A stretch of DNA of 32,845 bases, taken from the NCBI GenBank assembly GCA_037383445.1, contig JARROY010000001.1, forward strand, positions 1-32,845, in the 5' to 3' direction. The notes beneath the pieces are model-generated. The model was not told the DNA's origin, made no database searches, and was given only the letters and a program-made list of their open reading frames with translations. A program made the translations under genes and the position numbers. Source of the stretch: Anaerolineales bacterium. GTDB lineage: Bacteria > Chloroflexota > Anaerolineae > Anaerolineales > UBA11579. Position 1 is the stretch's first letter. Each line of letters opens with the position of its first letter. This document shows positions 10,598-20,252 of the stretch, in pieces.

Positions 10598-11125
10598 ATG
10601 AGCGAATATAACAGATCTGAATTTGAACAAGAACTTGAAGAACGTACCATCGATATCACTCGTGTTGCCAAGGTAGTAAAGGGCGGCCGCCGGTTCGGTT
10701 TTCGGGTAACAGTAGTGGTTGGAGACAAAGCTGGACAGGTTGGTGTTGGTGTTGGTAAAGCCAATACTGTTCCAGATGCCATCCGAAAAGCCACAGAGCG
10801 CGCACGCAAAGATATGCACCGCGTTAACCTATATAAAAATACCATCCCGCATGCCGTGGTTGGAAAAACAGCTGGCGCTCAAGTATTCCTAAAGCCTGCC
10901 TCACCTGGAACCGGCTTGATCGCTGGAGGTGGTGTCCGTGCGGTCCTTCAATCCGTAGGTGTGCAGGATATCCTGACCAAATCACAGGGTAGCGCTAACA
11001 TCCTGAATGTTGTCCAGGCGACCATGGATGCCCTTGATCAGCTCAAATCGATTGAGGACACCGCTCGTTTGCGCGGTAAAAGGGTGGATGAATTGCTGCC
11101 TTATTGGGAGCGTAAACGTGGCTAA
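10598..11125 (+). CDS. rpsE: 30S ribosomal protein S5
   Basis: 175 aa; [15 protein letters not shown] motif. Confidence 0.97.
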   Translation: MSEYNRSEFEQELEERTIDITRVAKVVKGGRRFGFRVTVVVGDKAGQVGVGVGKANTVPDAIRKATERARKDMHRVNLYKNTIPHAVVGKTAGAQVFLKPASPGTGLIAGGGVRAVLQSVGVQDILTKSQGSANILNVVQATMDALDQLKSIEDTARLRGKRVDELLPYWERKRG

Positions 11126-11303
11126 AGAAAAAGTACTTAAAATCACGTTGGTAAAGAGCCCAATTGGCTACTCAAAACGCCAAAAAGGCACAGTAAGTGC
11201 CCTGGGCCTTAAAAAGGTCAATCAGACCGTTGAACAAAAAGATACACCAGTAATCCGCGGCATGATCGCCAAGATCAGCCACCTGGTGCAAGTAGAAGAG
11301 TAG
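11118..11303 (+). CDS. rpmD: 50S ribosomal protein L30
   Basis: The track ORF 11007-11303 is over-extended into rpsE. The in-frame GTG at 11118 gives [38 protein letters not shown]...(61 aa), matching normal L30 length and N terminus. It overlaps the rpsE stop by 8 nt. Confidence 0.9.
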   Translation: MAKEKVLKITLVKSPIGYSKRQKGTVSALGLKKVNQTVEQKDTPVIRGMIAKISHLVQVEE

Positions 11304-11313
11304 AGGTTAGTCG

Positions 11314-11766
11314 ATGAAGTTACACGACCTTAAACCCAATGAAGGGGCAAAAAAGTCCCGCATCCGCGTGGCTCGCGGTACTGCTGGTCGGGGAGGGAAG
11401 ACAGCTGGACGCGGCGTAAAAGGCTACGGCGCACGCGCTGGCAGCGGTGGTAAAATCTACCGCCAAGGCGGCAACCTGCCGTTCTACCGCCGATTACCGT
11501 TCAAGCGTGGGTTTACCCCGCCTTTTCAGCAGAATTATAACGAGGTAAACCTTGACGAACTGGCAGAATTCAAGGCCAATGCCAAGATTACCCCGGAAAC
11601 TCTGGATGAAGCCAGATTGTTACGCAAAGCTGGTTTGCCGGTTGTACTGCTCGGACGCGGCGAAGTCAAGAAAGCCTATAAAGTTGCCGTGCATCGAATC
11701 AGCAAAAATGCACAAGAGAAGATCGAAGCTGCCGGAGGCAGTGTAGAGATTCTTGAGTTTGACTAG
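11314..11766 (+). CDS. rplO: 50S ribosomal protein L15
   Basis: 150 aa, MKLHDLKPNEGAKK..., Gly/Arg-rich N-terminal part. Confidence 0.96.
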   Translation: MKLHDLKPNEGAKKSRIRVARGTAGRGGKTAGRGVKGYGARAGSGGKIYRQGGNLPFYRRLPFKRGFTPPFQQNYNEVNLDELAEFKANAKITPETLDEARLLRKAGLPVVLLGRGEVKKAYKVAVHRISKNAQEKIEAAGGSVEILEFD

Positions 11767-11787
11767 CAGACACAAGGAGAAGTATAG

Positions 11788-13170
11788 ATGAAACGAGCTG
11801 GCTGGCGGTATTTGTGGACCGCTCCCGACATCCGAAGAAAACTGCTGATAACCCTGGGTCTGCTGATCTTGTACCGTTTTGTGGCACAGATCCGTGTTCC
11901 TGGTGTGGATTTGGCAGCGCTGGAAGCTGTTATGGGTGGAACTTCTGGAGCCTCCAACTTCCTCAACATGGTTAACCTGATCTCAGGTGGTACCTTGCGG
12001 CAGTTTTCCATTCTTGGTATGGGTGTTTACCCTTATATTACTGCCCAGATTATCATTCAGCTGCTTGTCCCCATCATTCCTGCCTGGCAGGCTCGGATGG
12101 AAGATGACCCGCGCGAAGGCCGCAAATGGATGGAAAAAAGTACCTATCGATTGGCAATTCTAATGGGTGCTCTAACTGCTTTTGGGCAGATTCAAGTTGT
12201 TTCCAACCTTGGTAACCTACCGATTATTCCAGGGTTTGGCTTTGGTGCGGATTCCGACATATTGCGTTCGGCGACGATCATCATCTCAATGACGGCAGGA
12301 ACGATGTTCGCCATCTGGTTGGGAGAGTTAATTTCAGAACATGGTGTCCGCGGCCAGGGTCTATCCCTGTTGATTTTTGCCGGCATCATTGCTCAGCTGC
12401 CGTCCTCTTATCTGGCGATTTGGAATGCACCAAAACCGGCACCACAGGGATTGGGTTTGGATCCCAGCATTCGCTGGATCGGGATCGGTTCGCTGTTATT
12501 GATAACCACTGTGACGATCTTCGTGATTGTCTTTGTGCAGCAGGGGCGGCGAAATATCCCGGTGATGTATCCTGGACGCCGAGTGGGGAACCGGATGTCC
12601 ATGCCGGTAAAAGGTACTTTGCCGCTGCAGGTTAATATGGCTGGGATGATCCCGCTGATTTTTGCATCTGCCTTGCTGCAGTTCCCTGGATTGCTGGCAG
12701 GGTTGATGCAGGGTTCTAATGCAACTTGGGTGACGAATGCATCTTTGTGGATATCTGCCAATATCACTGTGAACAGTGGAGTCTATTGGATTATCGACTT
12801 CATCTTTGTGGTTGGTTTTGCATTTTTCTATACGGACGTGCTGTTTGCCCAACAGAATTATGGTGAGAACTTGAAACGCTCAGGGGCTCAAATCCCTGGT
12901 GTAAGCCGCGGTGCTCCCACTCAGTCCTACCTTTCCCGGGTGCTGCGCAGGATCACTTTTCCGGGAGCATTATTCCTGGGAGCCATTGCAGTCCTGCCTT
13001 ATATCTTTACTCTGCTCATCCCGGAACTGGCTCCGATACGGGGTGGCGGTTCTTTCCTGATCAACGCATCTGGGTTGCTGATTGTGGTTGGTGTTGTCCG
13101 TGATACTTTCTTCAACATTGAAGCTGAACTCAAAGTTCACGGATATGATGAATCGCTGCTTGTCAAGTAA
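11788..13170 (+). CDS. secY: Preprotein translocase subunit SecY
   Basis: 460 aa, multi-pass membrane protein at the canonical spc-operon position; N terminus RRKLLITLGLLILYRFVAQIRVPGVD. Confidence 0.96.
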   Translation: MKRAGWRYLWTAPDIRRKLLITLGLLILYRFVAQIRVPGVDLAALEAVMGGTSGASNFLNMVNLISGGTLRQFSILGMGVYPYITAQIIIQLLVPIIPAWQARMEDDPREGRKWMEKSTYRLAILMGALTAFGQIQVVSNLGNLPIIPGFGFGADSDILRSATIIISMTAGTMFAIWLGELISEHGVRGQGLSLLIFAGIIAQLPSSYLAIWNAPKPAPQGLGLDPSIRWIGIGSLLLITTVTIFVIVFVQQGRRNIPVMYPGRRVGNRMSMPVKGTLPLQVNMAGMIPLIFASALLQFPGLLAGLMQGSNATWVTNASLWISANITVNSGVYWIIDFIFVVGFAFFYTDVLFAQQNYGENLKRSGAQIPGVSRGAPTQSYLSRVLRRITFPGALFLGAIAVLPYIFTLLIPELAPIRGGGSFLINASGLLIVVGVVRDTFFNIEAELKVHGYDESLLVK

Positions 13171-13185
13171 ACAAGGACTTTAGCA

Positions 13186-13842
13186 ATGCCCGTTTTTATT
13201 GTGATGCTTGGTGCCCCAGGGGCAGGTAAAGGAACTCAGGCAAAACTGCTTTCCAAAAAAGTTGGGCTGCCACATATCTCATCTGGCGACTTGTTTCGAG
13301 AGAATATAAAGAACCAGACAGAATTAGGGAAATTAGCCACAAGCTACATGGAAAAAGGTGAGTTGGTACCTGATGATGTCACAATTGCCATGGTAAAAGA
13401 CCGCCTAAGCCAGCCCGATTGTGCAAAAGGAGCAATTTTAGATGGCTTCCCTCGCACCTGCGCACAGGCTGAAGCGCTTGATGCCAACATGGAATCGATG
13501 GGCTTAAAGATCAACTTGGTGCCGTTCGTTCAAGTACCGGAACCGGTCTTGATGATGCGATTGACTGGGCGTTGGACGTGCAGAGAACATGGACATATTT
13601 TCCATACTTTGTTCAACCCACCCGCACAGCCAGGAGTCTGTGACCATGATGGATCTGAACTCTATCAACGGCCAGATGACTCCCCGGAAACGGTAGCCAA
13701 TCGGGTTAAAGTATATTTTGACCAAACTGCACCGTTGATCGATTACTATCGTGAGAATGGGGTTCTGGTTGAAGTAAATGGCGACCAGGATATTGAAAAA
13801 GTAAACAAGGAAATCCAGGATGCACTTCCTGAAATAAACTGA
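13186..13842 (+). CDS. adk: Adenylate kinase (long lid type)
   Basis: 218 aa; P-loop GAPGAGKGTQA; lid C132-x2-H135 ... C152-x2-D155. Confidence 0.96.
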   Translation: MPVFIVMLGAPGAGKGTQAKLLSKKVGLPHISSGDLFRENIKNQTELGKLATSYMEKGELVPDDVTIAMVKDRLSQPDCAKGAILDGFPRTCAQAEALDANMESMGLKINLVPFVQVPEPVLMMRLTGRWTCREHGHIFHTLFNPPAQPGVCDHDGSELYQRPDDSPETVANRVKVYFDQTAPLIDYYRENGVLVEVNGDQDIEKVNKEIQDALPEIN

Positions 13843-13859
13843 ACCTTAAGAGAGAAATA

Positions 13860-14630
13860 ATGGCCTGGGAACGAAATGTAGTCATCAAAAGTCAGGAAGA
13901 GCTAGAAATCATGCGGGCAGCCGGGAGGATTAACGCCCTTGCCCTGCAAGCTGTGCGTGAGGCTATTGCACCCGGAATTACCACCGGGGCTTTAGATAAG
14001 ATTGCAGAAGCAGTTATCCGAGATCACGGTGCAATTCCAGCATTTTTGGGCTATCCCGGACCAACGCCATATCCCGCGACGATCAATTCTTGCATCAATG
14101 AAGAAATGGTGCATGCGATCCCAGGGAACCGGATGATTAAAGAAGGTGATTTGGTTTCGATAGACTGCGGTACAGTCTATGAAGGGTTTGTAGCCGATTC
14201 CGCTTTTTCGGTGGGAGTCGGTGAGGTTACCCCAGAGGTGCAAAAGCTGCTGGATGTAACCAATAAAGCCCTCGAAATCGGGATCAGTAAAATGCGTCCA
14301 GGAAACCGGGTCGGCGATGTATCATCGGCGATCCAAAAATATGTCGAGAGCTTCAGCTTTCATGTACCGAGAGAATACACCGGGCATGGGGTAGGCCGCC
14401 AGATGCATGAAGGGCCGCAAGTTCCAAATTGGGGTCTGCCAGGAAGAGGGATGACTCTCCGATCTGGTATGACGATCGCTTTGGAACCCATGGTATTGGT
14501 AGGCACATTCCGTACACGTATCCAGCCCGATCAATGGACAGTTACCTCCATGGATGGTTCCCTCACTGCTCATGCCGAGCACAGTGTAGCCGTCACAGAT
14601 GGTGACCCGAGAATATTAACAACAGTATAA
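13860..14630 (+). CDS. map: Methionine aminopeptidase, type I
   Basis: 256 aa; canonical position after adk; metal-ligand context (DLVSIDCG, HGVGR, LEP). Confidence 0.95.
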   Translation: MAWERNVVIKSQEELEIMRAAGRINALALQAVREAIAPGITTGALDKIAEAVIRDHGAIPAFLGYPGPTPYPATINSCINEEMVHAIPGNRMIKEGDLVSIDCGTVYEGFVADSAFSVGVGEVTPEVQKLLDVTNKALEIGISKMRPGNRVGDVSSAIQKYVESFSFHVPREYTGHGVGRQMHEGPQVPNWGLPGRGMTLRSGMTIALEPMVLVGTFRTRIQPDQWTVTSMDGSLTAHAEHSVAVTDGDPRILTTV

Positions 14631-14700
14631 AAATAGGCCTAGACGAAAAGCGAAACTAGAAGTAAAATGTATTGTTTTGGCTTATAAAAAGGAGTAAACC

Positions 14701-14814
14701 ATGAAGGTATCATCCTCAGTAAGAAAAAGATGTTCACGTTGCAAATTTGTCCGCCGAAAAGGCAGACTGTATGTCATTTGCGACGATCCAAAACACAAAC
14801 AAAGACAAGGGTAG
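14701..14814 (+). CDS. rpmJ: 50S ribosomal protein L36 (zinc-binding C3H form)
   Basis: Not in the ORF track because it is under 60 aa. ATG at 14701 translates to [37 protein letters not shown] (37 aa) with GGAG upstream. Very close to L36 sequences I recall. Confidence 0.93.
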   Translation: MKVSSSVRKRCSRCKFVRRKGRLYVICDDPKHKQRQG

Positions 14815-14823
14815 AGGGTAGTT

Positions 14824-15213
14824 ATGGCACGTATTGAAGGTGTTGACCTCCCGCGTGATAAACGCGTCGAAATTGGCTTGACCTATATCTATGGGATCGG
14901 TCTGAAAACGTCGCAGGATATTCTCCAGTCGACTCAGATCAATCCAGATACTCGCGTGCGAGATCTGACCGATTCAGACATCGCATTGCTGCGTGATTAC
15001 ATCGTGAGCAAATTGACGGTTGAAGGCGATCTGCGCCGAGAGACGCAGATGAATATCAAACGTCTGATGGAAATAGGTAGCTATCGCGGAATGCGCCATC
15101 GCCGCAACCTTCCGGTGCGCGGCCAGCGTACTCGCACAAATGCTCGCACCCGCAAGGGTCCTAAAAAGACCGTTGCCGGCCGCGGCCGCCGCAGAGGCGC
15201 AACCAAGAAATAA
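14824..15213 (+). CDS. rpsM: 30S ribosomal protein S13
   Basis: 129 aa, [15 protein letters not shown]... Confidence 0.97.
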   Translation: MARIEGVDLPRDKRVEIGLTYIYGIGLKTSQDILQSTQINPDTRVRDLTDSDIALLRDYIVSKLTVEGDLRRETQMNIKRLMEIGSYRGMRHRRNLPVRGQRTRTNARTRKGPKKTVAGRGRRRGATKK

Positions 15214-15238
15214 GCGCTGAGAAAGGATTATTTTAGAT

Positions 15239-15637
15239 ATGGCAAAAAGACCACAGCGATCAAAACGTGGGCCGCGAAAAGCAAAACGAACCTTATCCTC
15301 CGGCCAGATTCACGTCTATGCGACTTTTAACAATACCATCGTCACAATCACCGATCAGCAGGGCAATACTGTAGCTTGGGCAAGCGCCGGTGCGGTAGGG
15401 TTTAAAGGCTCTCGCAAGAGCACCCCATTTGCTGCCCGCCTAGCCATGGAAAAGGCACTTAAGACCGCCATGGATATGGGCTTACGCGAAGTTGATTTGA
15501 TTGTGAAAGGTCCTGGACCCGGTCGCGAATCTGCGATTCGAGCCGTCCAGGCAACAGAATTACGAGTAAACTCAATTGCTGATGTAACTCCGGTGCCGCA
15601 CAATGGGTGCCGACCACCAAAACGTCGGCGAGTATAA
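15239..15637 (+). CDS. rpsK: 30S ribosomal protein S11
   Basis: 132 aa; [16 protein letters not shown] motif. Confidence 0.97.
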   Translation: MAKRPQRSKRGPRKAKRTLSSGQIHVYATFNNTIVTITDQQGNTVAWASAGAVGFKGSRKSTPFAARLAMEKALKTAMDMGLREVDLIVKGPGPGRESAIRAVQATELRVNSIADVTPVPHNGCRPPKRRRV

Positions 15638-15683
15638 CAATTATATATTCCGCGAACGCAGGAAGAAGTGAGGATTATTTTTA

Positions 15684-16322
15684 ATGGCTAGATATACTGG
15701 TCCTGTATGTAAACTGTGTCGGCGGGAGGGAGAAAAACTCTTTCTCAAGGGCGAGCGTTGTTTCTCGCCCAAATGCGCGATTGAAAAACGCGCTTACCCC
15801 CCCGGACACCACGGACGAATGGCCCAATGGGCCCGTTCTAGAACTTCAGACTACGGCGCGCAGCTGCGTGCCAAACAAAAAGCCCGTCGAGTATACGGTG
15901 TGCTGGAACGCCAGTTCCGCCGCTACTACCGCCAGGCACTCAAGTCGCGTGGGCTTACTGGCCTGACTCTGCTCCAAATTTTGGAGTCACGACTTGACAA
16001 TGTCATTTACCGCATGGGGTACGCAAGCAGCCGCGCCCAGGCCCGCCAGCTGGTGACTCATGGTCACTTTTTGGTCAATGGTCGCCGCACCGATGTGCCC
16101 TCAATGCAGATCAAACCAGGAGACGAGATCCAGGTTCGCCAAGGTTCCCGCTCCAAAACTTTGATCAAAGATTTGATGGCCATGGCAGAAGAGCGCAATG
16201 CTCCGGATTGGATTACCCGCAACTTGAATGCAATGAGCGGCAGTATCCTGCGTCTTCCGGAACGCACTGAAATTGAAGCCAGTTTGAACGAGCAATTAAT
16301 TGTGGAGTACTACTCCCGATAG
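15684..16322 (+). CDS. rpsD: 30S ribosomal protein S4 (four-Cys N-terminal form)
   Basis: 212 aa, [31 protein letters not shown]... Confidence 0.97.
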   Translation: MARYTGPVCKLCRREGEKLFLKGERCFSPKCAIEKRAYPPGHHGRMAQWARSRTSDYGAQLRAKQKARRVYGVLERQFRRYYRQALKSRGLTGLTLLQILESRLDNVIYRMGYASSRAQARQLVTHGHFLVNGRRTDVPSMQIKPGDEIQVRQGSRSKTLIKDLMAMAEERNAPDWITRNLNAMSGSILRLPERTEIEASLNEQLIVEYYSR

Positions 16323-16379
16323 TTATGCTTCCGAAGGCAGAAGACTTTCGTCATCTGCTGGTAGGGGAAGGAATAGCCT

Positions 16380-17426
16380 GTGATTGTACTAAGTAATATG
16401 GTTACCCCGAGGATCGAGCGGGAAGCAGAATCTCGCAACTATGGGAAGTACACCATCAGCCCACTCGAGCGCGGTTATGGCTCCACTTTGGGCAATGCCA
16501 TCCGGCGTGTACTGCTGTCCTCTCTGGAGGGAGCTGCGATTACCTCAATTCGAATTACGGATGTTCAGCATGAGTACAGTGATATCCCGGGAATCCGTGA
16601 AGATGTCATCCAGATCATGCTGCAGCTCAAGCAAATTCGGATGAAGTTGTTGGATGTCGATACCGCTCGCCTGCACCTTGAAGTACGTGGAGAAGGTGTG
16701 GTGACCGCGGCAGATATCATCAGCCCGCCGGAAGTTGAAGTTGTGAACCCTGATCTTTACCTGTTCACTTCCGATAGTTCCTCGACAAAACTTGAAATTG
16801 AAATGACGGTAGAACGCGGCCGCGGGTATTCTCCCGCAAATGACCGCAGTGGACGTTTGCCGATCGGTGAACTGCCTGTGGATGCGATCTACACCCCTGT
16901 AAAACAAGTCAATTGGGAGGTTGGTCAGGCCCGTGTGGGACAAAGCACCAACTACGATCGACTGATCATGGAGATCTGGACGGACGGTACCATTCCGCCA
17001 GAAGATGCCATGAGCACCTCTGCTGGAATTCTCATCGAACATCTCCGCCACATTGCTGGGGTTACTGAGATTTCTCTCGCCCCAGTAGAAGAAGAAGAGA
17101 TCATCGATGGTCGATTAACCAGCGAGATTTACGAAACACCGATAGAAAATTTAGATCTGTCTGTCCGGGTCTTTAATTCCCTCAAGCGAGCAGGGATCAT
17201 CACCGTTGGGGAAGTTCTTGAACTCCTCGAAAAAGGTGAAGATGCGATTATGTCCATCCGGAATTTTGGTGAAAAGAGTATGGATGAGCTCGTGACGAAG
17301 ATGTCTGAAAAGGGGTATATGGAATCAGACGAAGCGGAAACAGAGGAAGAAGAGACCGCCGAAGCCGAGGAAGTTGAAGAGGCTGATGAGGCTGATGAGG
17401 CAGATGACTCTCCGGAGGAAGAATAA
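16380..17426 (+). CDS. rpoA: DNA-directed RNA polymerase subunit alpha, with a 34-aa acidic C-terminal tail
   Basis: 348 aa; PLERGYGSTLGNAIRRVLLSS. The GTG start at 16380 follows GGGGAAGGA and leaves 27 aa before PLERG, as in other RpoA proteins. Confidence 0.95.
   Translation: MIVLSNMVTPRIEREAESRNYGKYTISPLERGYGSTLGNAIRRVLLSSLEGAAITSIRITDVQHEYSDIPGIREDVIQIMLQLKQIRMKLLDVDTARLHLEVRGEGVVTAADIISPPEVEVVNPDLYLFTSDSSSTKLEIEMTVERGRGYSPANDRSGRLPIGELPVDAIYTPVKQVNWEVGQARVGQSTNYDRLIMEIWTDGTIPPEDAMSTSAGILIEHLRHIAGVTEISLAPVEEEEIIDGRLTSEIYETPIENLDLSVRVFNSLKRAGIITVGEVLELLEKGEDAIMSIRNFGEKSMDELVTKMSEKGYMESDEAETEEEETAEAEEVEEADEADEADDSPEEE
17379..17405 (+). repeat. In-frame 9-nt tandem repeat (gaggctgat x2 + gaggcagat) encoding (EAD)3 in the rpoA tail
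   Basis: Read directly: 17379-17387, 17388-17396, 17397-17405. Confidence 0.85.
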
Positions 17427-17428
17427 TC

Positions 17429-17806
17429 ATGCGACACAAAGTAGTTGGAAAAACATTAGGCCGTCATGTCGGTGCGCGTAATGCTCTGCGCCGGGTGATG
17501 GTAAAGCAGCTCTTTGAGCATGAGCGAATCCGCACCACGCGAGCCAAAGCCCAAGCTATTCGCGGTCAAGCAGAAAAATTGATTACTCTGGCCAAACGTG
17601 CTTTGGCAACCGACGACGCCCCCCGCATTGTTCATGCCCGGCGTTTGGCAGCTGCTCGACTTGCAGATGATGAAATCGTGCGCAAATTATTTGAAGAGAT
17701 TGCACCGCGATATTCTGAACGCAGCGGCGGATATACCCGCATGCTCAAATTAGGCCGCCGTGAAGGCGACAGCTCGGAAATGGTGATTTTAGAGCTGGTT
17801 GAGTAA
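17429..17806 (+). CDS. rplQ: 50S ribosomal protein L17
   Basis: 125 aa, MRHKVVGKTLGR...; follows rpoA. Confidence 0.96.
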   Translation: MRHKVVGKTLGRHVGARNALRRVMVKQLFEHERIRTTRAKAQAIRGQAEKLITLAKRALATDDAPRIVHARRLAAARLADDEIVRKLFEEIAPRYSERSGGYTRMLKLGRREGDSSEMVILELVE

Positions 17807-17848
17807 TTGTACTTTTAAAAAGGTTCTCCCGGTTATACTGGGAAAACA

Positions 17849-18589
17849 ATGGAACGTTACCAAGTTATTATAAGATACGATGGCACAGCATTCGGTGGAA
17901 TGCAGCGCCAGGATAACACCCGTACGATCCAGGGCGATTTTGAAACTGCCCTAAGGAATATCGGATGGATGGGCAAGTCTATCTTGGCTGCTGGCCGGAC
18001 AGATGCCGGTGTGCATGCTGCTGGTCAGGTGTTGGCGTTTGACCTGGAATGGAAACATACATCCCTGGATTTGTGCAATGCTCTGAACGCAAACTTACCG
18101 CCGGATATCGGTGTGCAGCAGGTGAGCATCGCCAAAGCGGATTTTCATCCCAGGTTTGACGCCATCGAGAGAAGTTATCGATACCAGATCATATGCTGCC
18201 AGAACCGGGACCCACTCCGGGAAAGGTATGCCTGGCGAATTTGGCCTGAACCGGATTTTGAGCTGCTGCAGGCTTGTGCGGCTGGAATAGTAGGAGAATA
18301 TGATTTCTCCGCCTTTGGAACGCCGCCAATTCCTGGTGGTACCACGATCCGCCGGATTTACCAAGCAGATTGGGCCAAACAGTCTGATCAACTGGTGTTC
18401 GAGATTTCTGCCAATGCTTACCTTTATCATATGGTGCGCCGCATGGTTCACTATCAGGTTGGGGTGGGCCTTGGTAAGATACCGCTCGATGACCTTAAAG
18501 AGGCTCTCTTGGGTCAGGGTAACGAGATGATTCAGGGCCTAGCCCCGGCCTGTGGATTGTTTCTCCAATCTGTGCGCTATCTAGACTAA
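17849..18589 (+). CDS. truA: tRNA pseudouridine(38-40) synthase TruA
   Basis: 246 aa; catalytic GRTDAGVHA motif; truA-rplM-rpsI order as I recall it from Firmicutes-type genomes. Confidence 0.92.
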   Translation: MERYQVIIRYDGTAFGGMQRQDNTRTIQGDFETALRNIGWMGKSILAAGRTDAGVHAAGQVLAFDLEWKHTSLDLCNALNANLPPDIGVQQVSIAKADFHPRFDAIERSYRYQIICCQNRDPLRERYAWRIWPEPDFELLQACAAGIVGEYDFSAFGTPPIPGGTTIRRIYQADWAKQSDQLVFEISANAYLYHMVRRMVHYQVGVGLGKIPLDDLKEALLGQGNEMIQGLAPACGLFLQSVRYLD

Positions 18590-18634
18590 GTATCGTATCT
18601 AGAGGTATTAGAAAATATAAAAAGTGAGGTTGTT

Positions 18635-19063
18635 GTGGAAAAAACCTATCATCCAAAAGCAGGCGAGATAACCAAGGACTGGTACGTGGTGGATGCCAAC
18701 GGACAGAACTTGGGACGTTTAGCTGCAAAAATTGCTCACACTTTACTGGGCAAAAATAAACCCAATTTTACCCCTGGGGTAGATATGGGTGATTTTGTCG
18801 TGGTTGTAAATTGCGAGCGGATTGTCGTTACCGGCAATAAGCTTGACGACAAAATGTATTATCGCCATACCGGTTACCCGGGTGGGCTAAAAGAAATCAA
18901 TTTGCGTAATCTGCTGGAGAAAAATCCAGAACGGGTGATCCAGCAGGCGGTAAAAGGTATGCTGCCGAAGAACACACACGGCCGAAACTTGCTGAAAAAG
19001 CTCAAAGTTTATGCAGGCCCAGACCATCCGCATCAGGCGCAGAACCCGAAACCGTTGGAATAA
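18635..19063 (+). CDS. rplM: 50S ribosomal protein L13
   Basis: 142 aa; GTG start preceded by GAGG; [16 protein letters not shown] motif. Confidence 0.96.
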   Translation: MEKTYHPKAGEITKDWYVVDANGQNLGRLAAKIAHTLLGKNKPNFTPGVDMGDFVVVVNCERIVVTGNKLDDKMYYRHTGYPGGLKEINLRNLLEKNPERVIQQAVKGMLPKNTHGRNLLKKLKVYAGPDHPHQAQNPKPLE

Positions 19064-19073
19064 GGAGTAAAAA

Positions 19074-19466
19074 ATGGCTGAACAGTATTACGAAGGTATT
19101 GGACGTCGAAAACAAGCCAGTGCACGCGTTCGTGTGATGAGCGGCAAAGGTGATTTTATTATCAATGGAAAGACAGTGGATGAATATTTCACCCGTTTTG
19201 GTGATTTAGATATTGTGCTTTCCCCATTGACGGATGCCGGCTCCAAAGGCTCTGTGGATGTTTCCGTGCTTGTGCAGGGTGGCGGAGTGACTGGGCAGGT
19301 TGGTGCCGTTCGAATGGGATTGGCCCGTGCTTTAGTCAAAATGAACCCGGATGTGGACCGCGCAATGCGGCACGGCGGTCATTTGACCCGTGACCCGCGT
19401 GTAAAAGAGCGTAAAAAACCAGGTCTCAAACGAGCCCGCAAAGCGCCCACCTACACCAAGCGCTAA
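19074..19466 (+). CDS. rpsI: 30S ribosomal protein S9
   Basis: 130 aa; ends ...RKAPTYTKR. Confidence 0.97.
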   Translation: MAEQYYEGIGRRKQASARVRVMSGKGDFIINGKTVDEYFTRFGDLDIVLSPLTDAGSKGSVDVSVLVQGGGVTGQVGAVRMGLARALVKMNPDVDRAMRHGGHLTRDPRVKERKKPGLKRARKAPTYTKR

Positions 19467-19494
19467 CCCTTACAACGATCAACACACAACCTAC

Positions 19495-19525
19495 GACCGC
19501 GGTGAATTTTCGCCGCGGTTTTTGG
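19495..19525 (+). terminator. Rho-independent terminator closing the ribosomal supercluster
   Basis: 8-bp GC-rich stem ccgcggtg(19497-19504)/cgccgcgg(19511-19518), loop aatttt, followed by TTTTT at 19519-19523. Confidence 0.8.
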
Positions 19526-19577
19526 TATCATTGGGCCTGGTGGTTTACAGTATAATTTCCCGTCATCGGAGGTAGAT

Positions 19578-20251
19578 ATGCGGTTGTTTTTAATCAGGCA
19601 TGGTGAGAGCGAATCGAATGCTCATTGGGACAAGGTGGTCAAGGGCTCTCAATTAAATGCCCATCTGACGAAAAAGGGTGTTGAACAGTCTAGAAAATTG
19701 ACCACATGGATGGCGGAAAAAATCCCTCAAGTTGATGTGCTTTACACGAGTTCGCTGCACCGCGCGATTGAAACGGCAGAACCTTTAGCGAAACATTACC
19801 AGATTGAACCAGTCGTTGATCATCGCCTGCGGGAAGGTGGGTATAACTTTAAATCAGGTGATCCGATCGAAGATGACCTGCTCCCCCTCCACAAACTGGT
19901 GAATTTTCATGCAGATACTTTGCTCCGTTTGCCGAACAACCCCCCGGGGTTGAGTCTTTTAACGATTTGCGCACCCGGGTGGGAAATTTTATCAGTGACC
20001 TGATTGATAACCATCAAGACCAAACGGTGGTCGTGGTGATGCATGGATGGGTGTTGAATGCATTTCTGGATCATGTGTTTAACGTGGGCAGTTACCGTTC
20101 AGCCTATTTGTTTGCGGAAAATACATCGATCACCTATCTCGAATATTTCCATCCAAACCGGATCGGTCCCTGGTGGGTATATTTTGTTGCTCAGACACCA
20201 CACCTGGAAGTCCTCCCAGATGGCTTGGTGACATTAAAGGTGGAGGCGTAA
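19578..20251 (+). pseudogene. Histidine phosphatase superfamily (phosphoglycerate mutase/CobC-like) gene interrupted by a frameshift
   Basis: The N-terminal ORF begins MRLFLIRHGESESN (RHG catalytic motif). The C-terminal half (GVESFNDLRTRVGNFISDL...VVVVMHGWV) continues in another frame, which is open from 19877. The two ORFs overlap at 19967-20003. Confidence 0.7.
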
Positions 20252-20252
20252 T

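Noticed and set aside
19967-20003. Overlap of the two phosphatase ORFs considered as a programmed ribosomal frameshift site
   Set aside because: I saw no slippery heptamer with a downstream structure, and the homology-supported frame switch lies upstream at 19877-19949, near homopolymers. An indel is the simpler explanation.
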